This document shows, in pieces, positions 1 to 9,676 of a stretch of DNA of 64,000 nt. The first letter of the stretch is position 1. Each line of letters opens with the position of its first letter. Origin of the DNA: Erythrobacter sp. (GTDB taxonomy: Bacteria; Pseudomonadota; Alphaproteobacteria; Sphingomonadales; Sphingomonadaceae). Where the stretch lies: NCBI GenBank assembly GCA_029937545.1, contig JAPYPR010000002.1, positions 129,115 to 193,114 on the forward strand, read 5' to 3'. Under the pieces are notes generated by a model that worked only from the letters and a program-made list of their open reading frames with translations, did no database searches and was not told where the DNA came from. A program made the position numbers and the translations under genes.

Positions 1-1181
1 AGCGGGCGCCTGCCGGCCTTGCCGATGGCTTTCAAATGGTCGGCCAGTACCGGATAGACATTGTCGCCGCGCGCGCGCTCGGGCGCGAAATCGCGGCCGG
101 AGCGAAATCCGAAGTCGATGACCTTATCGCTCTCCGGCTCGTCGAAGGTGGTCGCGCGGTGGGCGGGCGCATCGGCGAGGGCGGATTTGAACTCATCTCC
201 GGTGAGGTAGAGCGCGTCGGGTTTCAGCGGCCGATAATTGCCCTTCGCCTGCCCGCTGATAGCGGTGCGCTGGTCATGATAATCGCCGATATCCTTCAGC
301 CGCTCTTCCGCAGCGGCAAGCGAGGCATTGTCGATCACGACGACATCGTCCTTGCCGAGGTGGTCGAACAGCGTGACCAGCTTGTCCTCGAACAGCGGCA
401 GCCAATGCTCCATCCCGGCGAGCCTGCGCCCTTCGCTGACCGCTTCGTAGAGTGGGTCCTGCGTGGCATTGGCGCCGAACATCTCGCGATAGCGGCTGCG
501 GAAGCGTTTGATGCTGTCCTCGTCCAGCAGCGCTTCGCTGGCGGGCAGCAGCAAATGGTTGGCGAGCCGCCCGGTGCTCATTTGTGTAGTGGGATCGAAG
601 CTGCGCAGGCTCTCCAGTTCGTCGCCGAAGAAGTCGAGCCGCAACGCCTCGTCCAGCCCGCTGGGGAAGACATCGACGATCGATCCGCGGATGGCGTAAT
701 CGCCCTTGTCGATGACCGTATCGGTTCGGCTGTACCCCTGTTTCTGCAGGAGCAGCGACAGGCTTTCACGCCCGATCTCCGTGCCCGGCTTGAACTCGCG
801 CATACTCTCGCGGATGCGGAAAGGGGTAAGCACGCGCTGTAGCACGGCATTGGCGGTCGTGACGACCAGTTGCGCCTTCGCCTTACCGGTCTGCAGCCGG
901 TGAAGCGCAGCAAGGCGCCGCGCGCTGATCGACAGCGCGGGGCTGGCACGGTCGTAGGGAAGCGAGTCCCATGCCGGGAATTCGATCACTTCCAGTTCGG
1001 GCGCGAAGAAGGCTGCGGCATCGACGATCCCGCGCATCGCGGCATCGTCGGGCGCGATGAAGACCGCACGCCCGGTGCTGGCCCGCGCCAGATCGGCCAT
1101 CACCAGCGGCTGCGCGCCGCGCGCGACTTGCGCCAGTGTAAGCGGACTATCGGCTTTCAGGATGCGGGAAAGGTCGGGCAT
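1..1181 (-). CDS. mfd: Transcription-repair coupling factor, 5' part (runs off the left edge of the window)
   Basis: Hand translation from ATG 1181: MPDLSRILKADSPLTLAQVARGAQPLVMADLARA...FPAWDSLPYDRASP, the typical Mfd N-terminus. Absent from the ORF track because the stop lies outside the window. Confidence 0.93.
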   Translation of the reverse strand, partial: MPDLSRILKADSPLTLAQVARGAQPLVMADLARASTGRAVFIAPDDAAMRGIVDAAAFFAPELEVIEFPAWDSLPYDRASPALSISARRLAALHRLQTGKAKAQLVVTTANAVLQRVLTPFRIRESMREFKPGTEIGRESLSLLLQKQGYSRTDTVIDKGDYAIRGSIVDVFPSGLDEALRLDFFGDELESLRSFDPTTQMSTGRLANHLLLPASEALLDEDSIKRFRSRYREMFGANATQDPLYEAVSEGRRLAGMEHWLPLFEDKLVTLFDHLGKDDVVVIDNASLAAAEERLKDIGDYHDQRTAISGQAKGNYRPLKPDALYLTGDEFKSALADAPAHRATTFDEPESDKVIDFGFRSGRDFAPERARGDNVYPVLADHLKAIGKAGRRP

Positions 1182-1298
1182 CGGGGTCCTGTCGTCGGGG
1201 GTGCAGCCTCTCGCACACGCACGATTGCCCCCTGCCCGGCCGGGAAGGGGGTGATTCAGTAATACGTCAATGGGGAGATAGTGCCCGCGGGCCACCCG

Positions 1299-1577
1299 TC
1301 AACGCGGAATGTCGACGTAATCGAGTTCCTGCATCGCTTCCATCAACTCGCCCTGGAAACGCGGCGGGGTGGGCCGGGTCTTGAGCGCCCAGGCCATAAC
1401 GTCGACATCGTCTTCCTCGAGCAGCATTTCGAACCATGCTAGCTCTTCTTCGGACCAGTCCGCATGATAGCGGTCGAAAAAGCCGCCGATCATGTAGTCT
1501 GCCTCGCGGGTGCCGCGGTGCCAGGCACGAAACTTCGCGCGCTGCTTGCGGCCATCGAAGGTGAGCATTTCAGGCAT
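1299..1577 (-). CDS. sdhE: Succinate dehydrogenase assembly factor 2 / FAD assembly factor SdhE
   Basis: KFRAWHRGTREADYMIGGF motif; 92 aa; lies between recG and mfd as usual in alphaproteobacteria. Confidence 0.92.
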   Translation of the reverse strand: MPEMLTFDGRKQRAKFRAWHRGTREADYMIGGFFDRYHADWSEEELAWFEMLLEEDDVDVMAWALKTRPTPPRFQGELMEAMQELDYVDIPR

Positions 1578-1596
1578 GGGGAGCGCCTATCCTCCG

Positions 1597-1677
1597 CGTC
1601 ATCCCAGCGCAAGCGGGGATCGCTATCCACAAGCGTGAGAGAATTGGCGACCGATCCCAGCTTCCGCTGGGATGACG
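1597..1677. repeat. REP/CIR-like intergenic palindromic element (25-bp inverted arms, each arm itself a hairpin)
   Basis: CGTCATCCCAGCGCAAGCGGGGATC (1597-1621) and GATCCCAGCTTCCGCTGGGATGACG (1653-1677) are inverted copies with 2 mismatches. Confidence 0.75.
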
Positions 1678-1697
1678 ATGAGGGTTATGGGATTGTC

Positions 1698-3761
1698 ATG
1701 CGCCCCGAAGTCCTCAACCCGCTGTTCGCCGAAACGGAAACGCTCGACGGCATTGGCCCGAAGCTGAAGAAGCCGCTCGGACGCCTCGGTCTTACGCGGG
1801 TGCGCGATCTCGATTACCACCTGCCCGAACGCTTCGTGACCCGCCGTGCGGTCGGCAATATCGACGAGGCGGGCGAGGGCGAGCAGATTGTCGTCAAGCT
1901 GACCGTGACCGAGCATCGCGCCAGCCGCAGTCCGCGCGCGCCCTATCGGGTGCTGGCGCAGGATGCGATCGGCAATATCCTCGCGCTGACCTACTTCGGG
2001 CGCGCGTCCTACACCGCGAAAAAGCAGTTGCCGGTTGGCGAGACGCGCTGGGTGGCGGGCAGACTGGAACGCTTCGGCGACATGCTGCAGATCGTCCATC
2101 CGGACCATGTGCTGGAAGAAGGCGGCGAAAGCCTTCAGCGACTGTGCGAGCCGGTCTATCGTTTGTCGGAAGGGCTGACACAGTCGAAGGTCGCGGGGCT
2201 GGTCGAACAGGCGCTGGAACGCTCGCCCGAGCTACCCGAATGGGTCGATGGCTCGCAGCTCGACAAGGAAGGTTGGCCCGCGTGGCGGGATGCGCTGGTG
2301 CTGGCGCACAAGGGTGAGAACAAAGCTGCGCGCGACCGGCTGGCCTATGACGAATTGCTCGCCAACAGCCTCGCGCTGATGCTGGTGCGCGCGGACAATC
2401 GCAAGCGGCGCGGCCAGGCGCTGCAAGGCGACGGCAGCTATCGCGGACGGCTCGAACTGCCGTTCCCGCTGACGGACGCGCAAAAGCGTTCGATTGCCGA
2501 GATCGAGGGCGACGTGGCTCAAGAGGCGCCGATGCTGCGCCTGCTGCAAGGCGATGTCGGCGCGGGCAAGACGGTGGTCGCGCTGGAAGCAATGCTGATC
2601 GCGGTGGAAGCGGGCGCGCAGGCCGCGCTGCTGGCCCCGACCGAAATTCTCGCGAGACAGCATTACGAAAGCCTGCGCCGCATGGGCGAACCGACTGGCG
2701 CGCATGTCGCGCTGCTGACCGGACGCGACAAGGGCAGGGCGCGCGAGGCAACGCTGATGGGTTTGCTCGACGGAAGTGTGGACATCGTGGTCGGCACGCA
2801 TGCGATTTTCCAGGACAAGGTCGCCTATCGCAATCTCGCCATGGTCGTGATCGACGAGCAGCACCGCTTCGGGGTCGGCCAGCGGCTCATGCTTGCCAGC
2901 AAGGGCAAGCGCGCTCCGCATGTGCTGGCGATGACTGCCACGCCGATCCCGCGTACGCTGACGCTGGCGCAATATGGCGAGCTCGATGTGAGCAAGCTCG
3001 ACGAACTGCCACCGGGCCGACAGGCGATCGATACTGTCGTGATGGGGCAGGACAAGATCGGTCCGCTGGTCGATCGTCTCGCCGCGCAAATTGCGGAAGG
3101 GCGGCAGGCCTATTGGGTGTGCCCCATGGTCCGCGAACCGGACGGGACCGAGGAGATCGCGGCCGCCGAAGCGCGGTATGCCGCCTTGAACGAGCGCTTC
3201 GGCAAGGATGTCGTGATGGTCCACGGCCAGCTCGCGCCCGAGATCAAGGATGCGGCGATGGAGCGGTTCGCCAGCGGCGATGCGAAGCTGCTGGTGGCGA
3301 CGACCGTGATCGAAGTCGGCGTGGACGTGCCGGATGCGACGGTGATGGTGATCGAACAGGCCGAGCGTTTCGGCCTCGCGCAGCTTCACCAGCTCCGTGG
3401 TCGCGTAGGGCGGGGCAGCGAAAAGAGCTTCTGCGTATTGCTGCATGGCGAGAACCTGTCCGAGACCGCGCAGGAACGGCTGAAACTGATGCGGCAGACG
3501 CAGGACGGCTTCCTGCTTGCTGAGGAGGATCTGCGCCTGCGCGGCGGCGGGGAATTGCTCGGCACGCGGCAATCGGGCGATACGCCTTTCACCGTTGCCA
3601 GCCTCGACCAGATCACTCAGCTACTGCCGAAAGCCTATGACGATGCGCGGTTACTCATGGAGCGGGACGGCGGTCTCGAAGGCATGCGCAGTGAAGCGGC
3701 AAGAGTGCTGCTTTATCTCTTCGAACGGGATTACGGCGTGAAGACGCTTCGAGGCGGCTAG
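1698..3761 (+). CDS. recG: ATP-dependent DNA helicase RecG
   Basis: LLQGDVGAGKT (Walker A), DEQHRFG, MTATPIPRTL, QLHQLRGRVGRG; start placed at MRPEVLNPLF. Confidence 0.97.
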   Translation: MRPEVLNPLFAETETLDGIGPKLKKPLGRLGLTRVRDLDYHLPERFVTRRAVGNIDEAGEGEQIVVKLTVTEHRASRSPRAPYRVLAQDAIGNILALTYFGRASYTAKKQLPVGETRWVAGRLERFGDMLQIVHPDHVLEEGGESLQRLCEPVYRLSEGLTQSKVAGLVEQALERSPELPEWVDGSQLDKEGWPAWRDALVLAHKGENKAARDRLAYDELLANSLALMLVRADNRKRRGQALQGDGSYRGRLELPFPLTDAQKRSIAEIEGDVAQEAPMLRLLQGDVGAGKTVVALEAMLIAVEAGAQAALLAPTEILARQHYESLRRMGEPTGAHVALLTGRDKGRAREATLMGLLDGSVDIVVGTHAIFQDKVAYRNLAMVVIDEQHRFGVGQRLMLASKGKRAPHVLAMTATPIPRTLTLAQYGELDVSKLDELPPGRQAIDTVVMGQDKIGPLVDRLAAQIAEGRQAYWVCPMVREPDGTEEIAAAEARYAALNERFGKDVVMVHGQLAPEIKDAAMERFASGDAKLLVATTVIEVGVDVPDATVMVIEQAERFGLAQLHQLRGRVGRGSEKSFCVLLHGENLSETAQERLKLMRQTQDGFLLAEEDLRLRGGGELLGTRQSGDTPFTVASLDQITQLLPKAYDDARLLMERDGGLEGMRSEAARVLLYLFERDYGVKTLRGG

Positions 3762-4564
3762 AAGCCGAGCAAATCCAAATCGCGCGTGACGGCGCTGCGA
3801 TAGCTTGCACCGAATAGCCGGACATGGACCAGCCACATCCACAGGCGATAGATCGGCTGGCGCGCCTGCCAACCGTGCTCTAGTTGCAGAGCATCGAAGA
3901 ACGAGGGTGGCGGATTGTCGAAGACCGTGAGTGAGGCCACATCGACATCGCGGTGGCCGATATAAGCACAGGGATCGATCAGGACAGCGCGGCCATCGTT
4001 TGCGTGGACGATATTGCCGGCCCACAAATCGCCATGAACGAGAGCCATATCGGGCGCCGACGGAAGCAGGTCTTCCATGTGCTCAGCGAGCGCTTCTACG
4101 CGTCTGGCCAGCTCCGGATCGAGATGCGGCAGGTGGCAGAGCAACCGGTTCTTACGCCAGAAATGGGCCCAGTTGCCAGATCGTGTGTTCGACACATTGA
4201 CATCTTTCAGTGCGTAATCCTCGGACCAACCGAATGCGTCAGCGTTACTACCGGTCAGGCAAAGTAGGGTCTCGGCAAGCGCATGCCAGCGATCGTGAGT
4301 GTCGATTGCGCCGCTTTCGATGTGTTCCATGACGAGGCAATGCGATTGCCATCCGTACACCGCCGGGACCGGCGCGCCGGTTTCTGCCATTGCGCGGAGC
4401 ATGCGCCCTTCGGCCTCGACCATCGGACCGCGTTTGATCACGACCCTGCGGCCATCGGCGAGCGTCGCGAGACTCGCGCCGGAGATGTCGCCGCCGGGAA
4501 GGTACGTCTGCTCGGCGATTGCGCTGCCGGTGATGTACTCAACCGGCTCTCGATCGCTCGTCAC
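3758..4564 (-). CDS. Fructosamine kinase family protein
   Basis: APH-like kinase motifs LVHGDLWAGN, LIDPCAYIGHRDVD. Confidence 0.85.
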   Translation of the reverse strand: MTSDREPVEYITGSAIAEQTYLPGGDISGASLATLADGRRVVIKRGPMVEAEGRMLRAMAETGAPVPAVYGWQSHCLVMEHIESGAIDTHDRWHALAETLLCLTGSNADAFGWSEDYALKDVNVSNTRSGNWAHFWRKNRLLCHLPHLDPELARRVEALAEHMEDLLPSAPDMALVHGDLWAGNIVHANDGRAVLIDPCAYIGHRDVDVASLTVFDNPPPSFFDALQLEHGWQARQPIYRLWMWLVHVRLFGASYRSAVTRDLDLLGF

Positions 4565-5901
4565 GCTGTCCTCGCAAGCGTCGCTTCGACGATCCCGCGT
4601 ACATCGACACGCGCTTTGAGCCTTGCGCCAAGGAGAGCCGTGCCGCTGACCTTGCGCTGGACGAAAAGCGTTTCCGCCGGCGGCAGATGCCAGCTTTCAC
4701 GATCCTGCGCGATCGGCATTACCGTGTCGCGAATTTCGGGTACGAAGGCGCGGTCGCCAAAATCGAGTTTGTCCTGTCGTGCCATCTCGGTCACGATAAT
4801 GTCGATGGCCTTGTCGATCCGGTCCGGATGCCGCTCGACTGCTCGCGGATTAATGAAACCGGCTGTGATCGCCTGAGTGCGTACCTGCTCTCGATCCTCG
4901 GTCAGCCCGGCCATCAGCAGGCACCGGTAGGACAAGGCGATAGCCGGATCGATCTTGCGCGCTGCTCCGAAATCCAGAAGGACAATTTGCTCCGTATCCG
5001 CGCGATAGCGATAGTTGGCGAAATTCGGGTCGGTCTGCATCAGCCCGAATTCGAACAATTCGCTGGCTACCAGCTCGATCAGATTGGTGAAGACGCGGTC
5101 GACGGTTTCCTGCGACTCTTCCGCAAGGGCTTCTATCGGCCGCCCTTCCTCGAAACTCATCGCCAGTACCCGGTCGCGTGTCAGCTCCGTATCCAACTCC
5201 GGTACGATGAAGCGGTCGTCGTCGCTCAGATGTTTGGCAAAAGCCTGCATCATCTCGCCTTCGCGCCGGTAATCTGCCTCTTCGTGCAACTGCTGTTTGG
5301 CCGCCGCGAGGAGCGGGCCGATTTCCAGCTCCTTCGGAAGCAGCCCGGCGATCTTGAGCAGTGAGGCGACATTGTCGACGTCGGAATCGATGCTCTGTGC
5401 GATGCCGGGATATTGCACCTTTATGGCCAGTGACCGCCCGTCCGGTGTCAAAGCACGGTGGACCTGGCCGATGGAGGCCGCAGCAATCGGGCGCGGCTCG
5501 AAGCGGCGAAATTGCCGACGCCAATCCTTGCCCCATTCCGCACTCAGGACCTTGTCGAGCTGGCGCGGCGGCATGAAATCGGCGCGTTCGCGAAGGCGCG
5601 CGAGAATCTCCGCGAGCTCGGGCGGCAGGAAGTCGCCCGCGTCCATCGAGATCATCTGGCCCAGCTTCATGGCCGCACCGCGCAAATGCGACAGACGGTC
5701 GGCAAGCCGCATGGCATTGCCCGGTGTCAGGATCAGCTGGTCCATCCGGGGGCGTTCGCCGGCCGCGAGCCGCCGCGCGCCCTCGCTCAGCATGCCCCCG
5801 GCTACTCCTCCGGCGAGCCGCGTGAAGCCGGCGAGGCGGCCCGCTCGCGACGAGGGCACCGAGCGATGACGGTGGCGCGGATCATCTGTATCGTCAGCCA
5901 T
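4561..5901 (-). CDS. AarF/UbiB/ABC1 family atypical kinase
   Basis: MKLGQMIS, IAAASIGQVHRA, AIKVQYPGI, QTDPNFANY, LLDFG. Confidence 0.9.
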   Translation of the reverse strand: MADDTDDPRHRHRSVPSSRAGRLAGFTRLAGGVAGGMLSEGARRLAAGERPRMDQLILTPGNAMRLADRLSHLRGAAMKLGQMISMDAGDFLPPELAEILARLRERADFMPPRQLDKVLSAEWGKDWRRQFRRFEPRPIAAASIGQVHRALTPDGRSLAIKVQYPGIAQSIDSDVDNVASLLKIAGLLPKELEIGPLLAAAKQQLHEEADYRREGEMMQAFAKHLSDDDRFIVPELDTELTRDRVLAMSFEEGRPIEALAEESQETVDRVFTNLIELVASELFEFGLMQTDPNFANYRYRADTEQIVLLDFGAARKIDPAIALSYRCLLMAGLTEDREQVRTQAITAGFINPRAVERHPDRIDKAIDIIVTEMARQDKLDFGDRAFVPEIRDTVMPIAQDRESWHLPPAETLFVQRKVSGTALLGARLKARVDVRGIVEATLARTA

Positions 5902-6367
5902 TCCGGTCGATCAGCACAGCGACCAATGCATTGGCTCCAGCTTGCACCTCGGCCCATGTCTGCCGGAACCCGTCGACTCCACCGTAGTAAGGATCGGCGA
6001 CTTCCCTGCCGTTCTGGCCGGGCACGAGATCGAGCAGCATCGCCACCTTCGCCTTGCCATCGCCGGGATCGCGCTGTGCGATAGTCTGCATGTTCGACTT
6101 GTCCATGCCGAGGATGAAATCGAAGTCGTGGAAGTCTTCCGCTGCCAGCTGGCGTCCGCGATAGCCGCGAATGTCGATCCCTTGGCTCTGCGCCTCGTCG
6201 ACGCTGCGCGGATCGGGCGGCTGGCCGACATGGTAGTCGGCGGTACCGGCGCTATCGACTTCGACTTCCAGACCCGCCTCATCTGCAGCCTTGCGGAAGG
6301 CCGCTTCGGCGAGGGGGGATCGGCAGATATTTCCGAGACAGACGAAGAGGACTTTGGTTTTGGCCAT
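5894..6367 (-). CDS. Low-molecular-weight protein-tyrosine phosphatase
   Basis: FVCLGNICRSP P-loop, DSAGT, VADPYYG. Confidence 0.93.
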   Translation of the reverse strand: MAKTKVLFVCLGNICRSPLAEAAFRKAADEAGLEVEVDSAGTADYHVGQPPDPRSVDEAQSQGIDIRGYRGRQLAAEDFHDFDFILGMDKSNMQTIAQRDPGDGKAKVAMLLDLVPGQNGREVADPYYGGVDGFRQTWAEVQAGANALVAVLIDRNG

Positions 6368-6406
6368 GATGCAGACTTGGGCCCCCACACGGCCACCTGC
6401 AAGTGC

Positions 6407-7606
6407 TCAAGCGGCGACGCGGACCTGGTTGCGGCCGCCGGTCTTGGCTTCGTAGAGCGCTTCGTCGGCGCGGGCCATGATATGATCGATGTCGTCGCCG
6501 GACTGGAATTCGGTCACACCCACGCTGATGGTGAAAGGAATGATCGCGTCGCCATGGCGTACCGGTTTGCCGTCAATGGCAAGGCGCAGGCGCTCGCAGA
6601 CGGTCTTTGCCCCCTCGATATCCGCCTTGGGCAGGATGATTGCGAATTCCTCTCCGCCGATCCGGCCTACGAAGTCGCGCGTTCGCAGGGAGTCGTCGGC
6701 GCGAACTCCGACTTCCCGGATGACCTCGTCTCCGGCGGGATGACCGAAACGGTCGTTGATCCGCTTGAAATGATCGATATCGAAAATGGCGACGCATAGC
6801 TTTCGCGAAGGATCGTTCTTGGCGCGATCCAGCGCTCGAACGAGCGATTCCATGAAACTGCGCCGGTTGGGCAGTCCGGTCAGGGCATCGGTCGCGGCGA
6901 AGCGCTGGAGTTCGCGCCGCGCCTGCGCTTCGGCGTCGACGGCTCGGCGGATGTAGAACGTAGCAACCGCGGCGAGGATCAGCAAAAGGACGCCAATCCC
7001 GGTCAGCCCGTATTGATATATTTCATTCTCGCGTGCTCGGCGCTGGGCCAGGGAAGTCTGTTCACGCAACAGCTCGCGCTCGGCCCGTTCAATCTCCGAG
7101 AGGCCGCCAAGGATCGTCTCGATAGCACGTCGATCTGCCCCCTGACGGACATAGAAGATCGCTTCGGCGTTCCGACCGGTTTCCTGTTGCTCGATCATGG
7201 CAGAAAATACGGCGTCTAGGCGCTCGAACTGCTCATCCATGGTCGCAAGTCGCCTGGTCTGCGCAGGATTGTCCGCGATGAGTTTCGCCAATCGCGCCCG
7301 GGCCTCCTGCGCATCCCTCACGCCCGCACGATATGGCTGCAGGAATAGCGGATCGTCTGTCAACAGATAGCCGCGCTCGCCGCGTATCTGCTGAAGGGCG
7401 GCAGTGCGGAGCCGGTCGGTCTCGAGCAGCACTTGCAGCGTTTGGGTCTGGCGGGCTTCGTTGGCCGAACGCTCGCTGGCCGAACGCTGGGCGCTCCAGC
7501 TCGCCCCCGCCAGCAGCAGGGCGAGGATGGCAACGCATCCGATGAGGAAATAGGCGCGCCAGTCCGATCCGCGCGATCGCCGCGCGAAATGCCTGATCAG
7601 CCACAT
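6407..7606 (-). CDS. CHASE3-sensor GGDEF diguanylate cyclase
   Basis: N-terminal TM, ERGYLLT..FLQPY (CHASE3-like), second TM, DIDHFKRINDRFGHPAGD, GRIGGEEF. Confidence 0.9.
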   Translation of the reverse strand: MWLIRHFARRSRGSDWRAYFLIGCVAILALLLAGASWSAQRSASERSANEARQTQTLQVLLETDRLRTAALQQIRGERGYLLTDDPLFLQPYRAGVRDAQEARARLAKLIADNPAQTRRLATMDEQFERLDAVFSAMIEQQETGRNAEAIFYVRQGADRRAIETILGGLSEIERAERELLREQTSLAQRRARENEIYQYGLTGIGVLLLILAAVATFYIRRAVDAEAQARRELQRFAATDALTGLPNRRSFMESLVRALDRAKNDPSRKLCVAIFDIDHFKRINDRFGHPAGDEVIREVGVRADDSLRTRDFVGRIGGEEFAIILPKADIEGAKTVCERLRLAIDGKPVRHGDAIIPFTISVGVTEFQSGDDIDHIMARADEALYEAKTGGRNQVRVAA

Positions 7607-7700
7607 GATCGGAAAGCCCCACTCATCCGCGGAGCTGTAACGAGAAGAAGGTTAACGGGGCGATAAGCACACCATGCGAAATCGCCCGCCCGCCAGCCGT

Positions 7701-7829
7701 TCAGGTGACCCGGTCTCCGGCGTCTGCCACCGATTGAATATCCTGGCCAAGGCCACGCACGGTGTTGCAGGCCGATAGCGACATTGCACCTGCGGCAACG
7801 AGGGCGAGTATGGCGAATTTGCGAAGCAT
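7701..7829 (-). CDS. Entericidin A/B family small lipoprotein (42 aa; below ORF-track cutoff)
   Basis: Hand translation MLRKFAILALVAAGAMSLSACNTVRGLGQDIQSVADAGDRVT; lipobox LSAC and CNTVxGxGxD signature. Confidence 0.88.
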   Translation of the reverse strand: MLRKFAILALVAAGAMSLSACNTVRGLGQDIQSVADAGDRVT

Positions 7830-7915
7830 CACGAAGCTATCCCCTTGCTAAGACGCCGTAGTGCGCGGCCTGCCTCGTCTTTGCGCAGCGCGGCTTGATC
7901 GGCAATGAATGAAAT

Positions 7916-7972
7916 TGGTCGGGGAGAGAGGATTCGAACCTCCGGCCCCTGCCTCCCGAAGACAGTGCTCTA
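7916..7972 (-). repeat. Distal att repeat: 57-bp duplication of the tRNA-Pro 3' part
   Basis: Base-for-base identical to 28314-28370; lacks the tRNA 5' 20 nt. Confidence 0.96.
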
Positions 7973-8055
7973 AAGCGCAAATGGCAGACTATCGTGCCTT
8001 TTGACGCTTTCCAAAGTTCGAATTCGACGAATGTTCTTACTTCGTTTCCGTTCGA

Positions 8056-8082
8056 GGTTCACGCTGAACCCCCAACCCCTGT
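8056..8082 (+). repeat. Candidate integrase arm-type/accessory site, copy 1 (palindrome GGTTCA-N3-TGAACC plus AACCCCTGT)
   Basis: GGTTCACGCTGAACCCCCAACCCCTGT matches 28224-28250 at 23/27 positions; 83 bp inside the att core. Confidence 0.6.
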
Positions 8083-8617
8083 CCGTTCGAAACAGGTCCA
8101 CAATGCGTGCGAAACTCATTCGAGCAGCTCATGGCTCCGATCCTTCCATGCAAAGTTCCGATGTGTCGTAGCAGGTCGCCCAGATGGAAACCCTGGGTGT
8201 CCGGTTCGCAATGGTTCAACTCGAGGAGGTCAGGGAAAACAGTCGTTAGGCGAACTCGCAGCCGGAAGGTAGCGGTCGCGTAGTTTTCTACTCTTGTCGC
8301 CAAGGGTGATCCGTCAGTTCGATTTCCAACAATACGAACTGCAAAAATACTTGCGAAACCAGCTGGGCCGACCGGCAAGGCCGCCTAGACGAATTTGGAT
8401 AGCTAGCTCTTCGATTGCGGGATCGATACGTCCATTCCCCGGGCCGCAATAGTCGGGGTCTCGGGAGGGATGAGTTTCGGATCGCGGATGCACCGCGAAC
8501 GTCGCGAAAGGGGGAACCAATAAGGTAATTAGCACCTACTGCGGAGAGGCTTTGAACTTGAATGTTGGAGCGCTAAAGCGTGTTCGGCGATTGGAAGTGT
8601 GTCAATTCCCCGACCCC

Positions 8618-9676
8618 TCATAACCGACGCGCAAGCGACTTGATCCACGACATCGCGGTTTCGATGGCCCAATCAGTCTGCTCAGTAGCCAACTCAGGAA
8701 TCGTGTCGGTGCCTGGTCCATGTGCAAACGGGTTCCGAAGATCCGAGAACATCTGTTTGAGCATATCTGCTTCCCATTTAGCCAGAAACCGCGGATCTTT
8801 GGCTAATTCGTTGATCAGCCTATGCCCGAACAGCACTTTCTCTCCTGGATTAAGCCTGCTGAAGACGATCTTCATACAACTCTCTAGCGCGCACACTGCA
8901 TGGAAAGGGGCAGTGCGATCCCGCTTGTCGCGCCGATCAATCGCTTCCTGCATTTGCTCCTCGACGCTGTTCCACAAAGGCTGCGCGACGATTTGCCAGA
9001 ACGGCTTGGCCACATTGGCTTCCATTAACTCGTCACCGGCAAAGTGCAGAAGGCCATTGGAGTAGACGAGATTGAAACCTGCAATTCGAAGACGCTGGTT
9101 CAACTCTTCTACGAGATTAGCGTAGCCGTAGACGATCTTTTTATGAGCGGCAGTGGTAGAATTCACCAGTGAGCCTGGAACACGCAGAGCGCCGGGACGC
9201 GAATCCGCAGCTTCCTCGGAACTGCGGGCCTTGGCCAGTTTTAGCGGAAAGTCAGCCTGAGCCTTCCGGACTTGCTCGCCGCGAATTCGAAAAGCCAATT
9301 CGACGAATGAGAGCCTCAGCTTGACGTAGAAATCAGCATCATTCTTGGTCGCGTCGAACTGCTCCTTCATGAAGTTCGCTACGATCATGTTAGGCTTGTG
9401 TTTCAAGCTGTTCTGAGCGCCGTTGCGCTCCTTATAAAAGTAATATTTGGGCGAGAGGTAATCGACGCCGGTCTCAATCGCCAGCTTATCATGCACGATC
9501 TTAAGGTTGCGCACAGAGGGATCGGTCATGTCGTCACTTGGTTCGGATTTGCCAAGCCAGAGCATGTCACCCATGAGCTTATTAGCCTGGTGGAAGAAAA
9601 CCTGTTCGTCAGAGCCTACCGCTTCGGCAATCCGGACGTCCTTGTAGCGGCGAAAGAAAACGTCGGTAATTGCCAT
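8618..9676 (-). CDS. AbiJ-like protein: AbiJ_NTD4-like N-terminus plus C-terminal HEPN RNase domain (putative abortive infection effector)
   Basis: Starts MAITDVFFRRY (resembles AbiJ NTD4 starts, from recall); C-terminal LRNPFAHG fits the HEPN R-x4-H motif; sits in defence cargo. Confidence 0.7.
   Translation of the reverse strand: MAITDVFFRRYKDVRIAEAVGSDEQVFFHQANKLMGDMLWLGKSEPSDDMTDPSVRNLKIVHDKLAIETGVDYLSPKYYFYKERNGAQNSLKHKPNMIVANFMKEQFDATKNDADFYVKLRLSFVELAFRIRGEQVRKAQADFPLKLAKARSSEEAADSRPGALRVPGSLVNSTTAAHKKIVYGYANLVEELNQRLRIAGFNLVYSNGLLHFAGDELMEANVAKPFWQIVAQPLWNSVEEQMQEAIDRRDKRDRTAPFHAVCALESCMKIVFSRLNPGEKVLFGHRLINELAKDPRFLAKWEADMLKQMFSDLRNPFAHGPGTDTIPELATEQTDWAIETAMSWIKSLARRL

Noticed and set aside
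36-842. 268-aa + strand ORF
   Set aside because: Antisense shadow of mfd, which is the real gene on the - strand.
1464-1697. Extended N-terminus of recG in the ORF track
   Set aside because: Overlaps sdhE and the palindromic repeat; RecG similarity starts at M1698.
7462-7490. GGCCGAACGCT tandem duplication
   Set aside because: Short in-frame repeat inside the GGDEF gene (QRSASERSA); no sign of a separate function.
7916-7972. Possible second tRNA-Pro gene
   Set aside because: Lacks the 5' 20 nt (acceptor and D-stem); it is an att duplication.
8033-8047. GTTC-N7-GTTT near-LexA box beside the left att (also GTTC-N7-GTCC at 24375-24389)
   Set aside because: One mismatch each and no clear target gene; expected by chance.
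7994-8535. Short ORFs near the left att (92, 113 and 73 aa)
   Set aside because: No motifs, no convincing SD, mutually overlapping; possibly decayed DNA, but no call can be supported.
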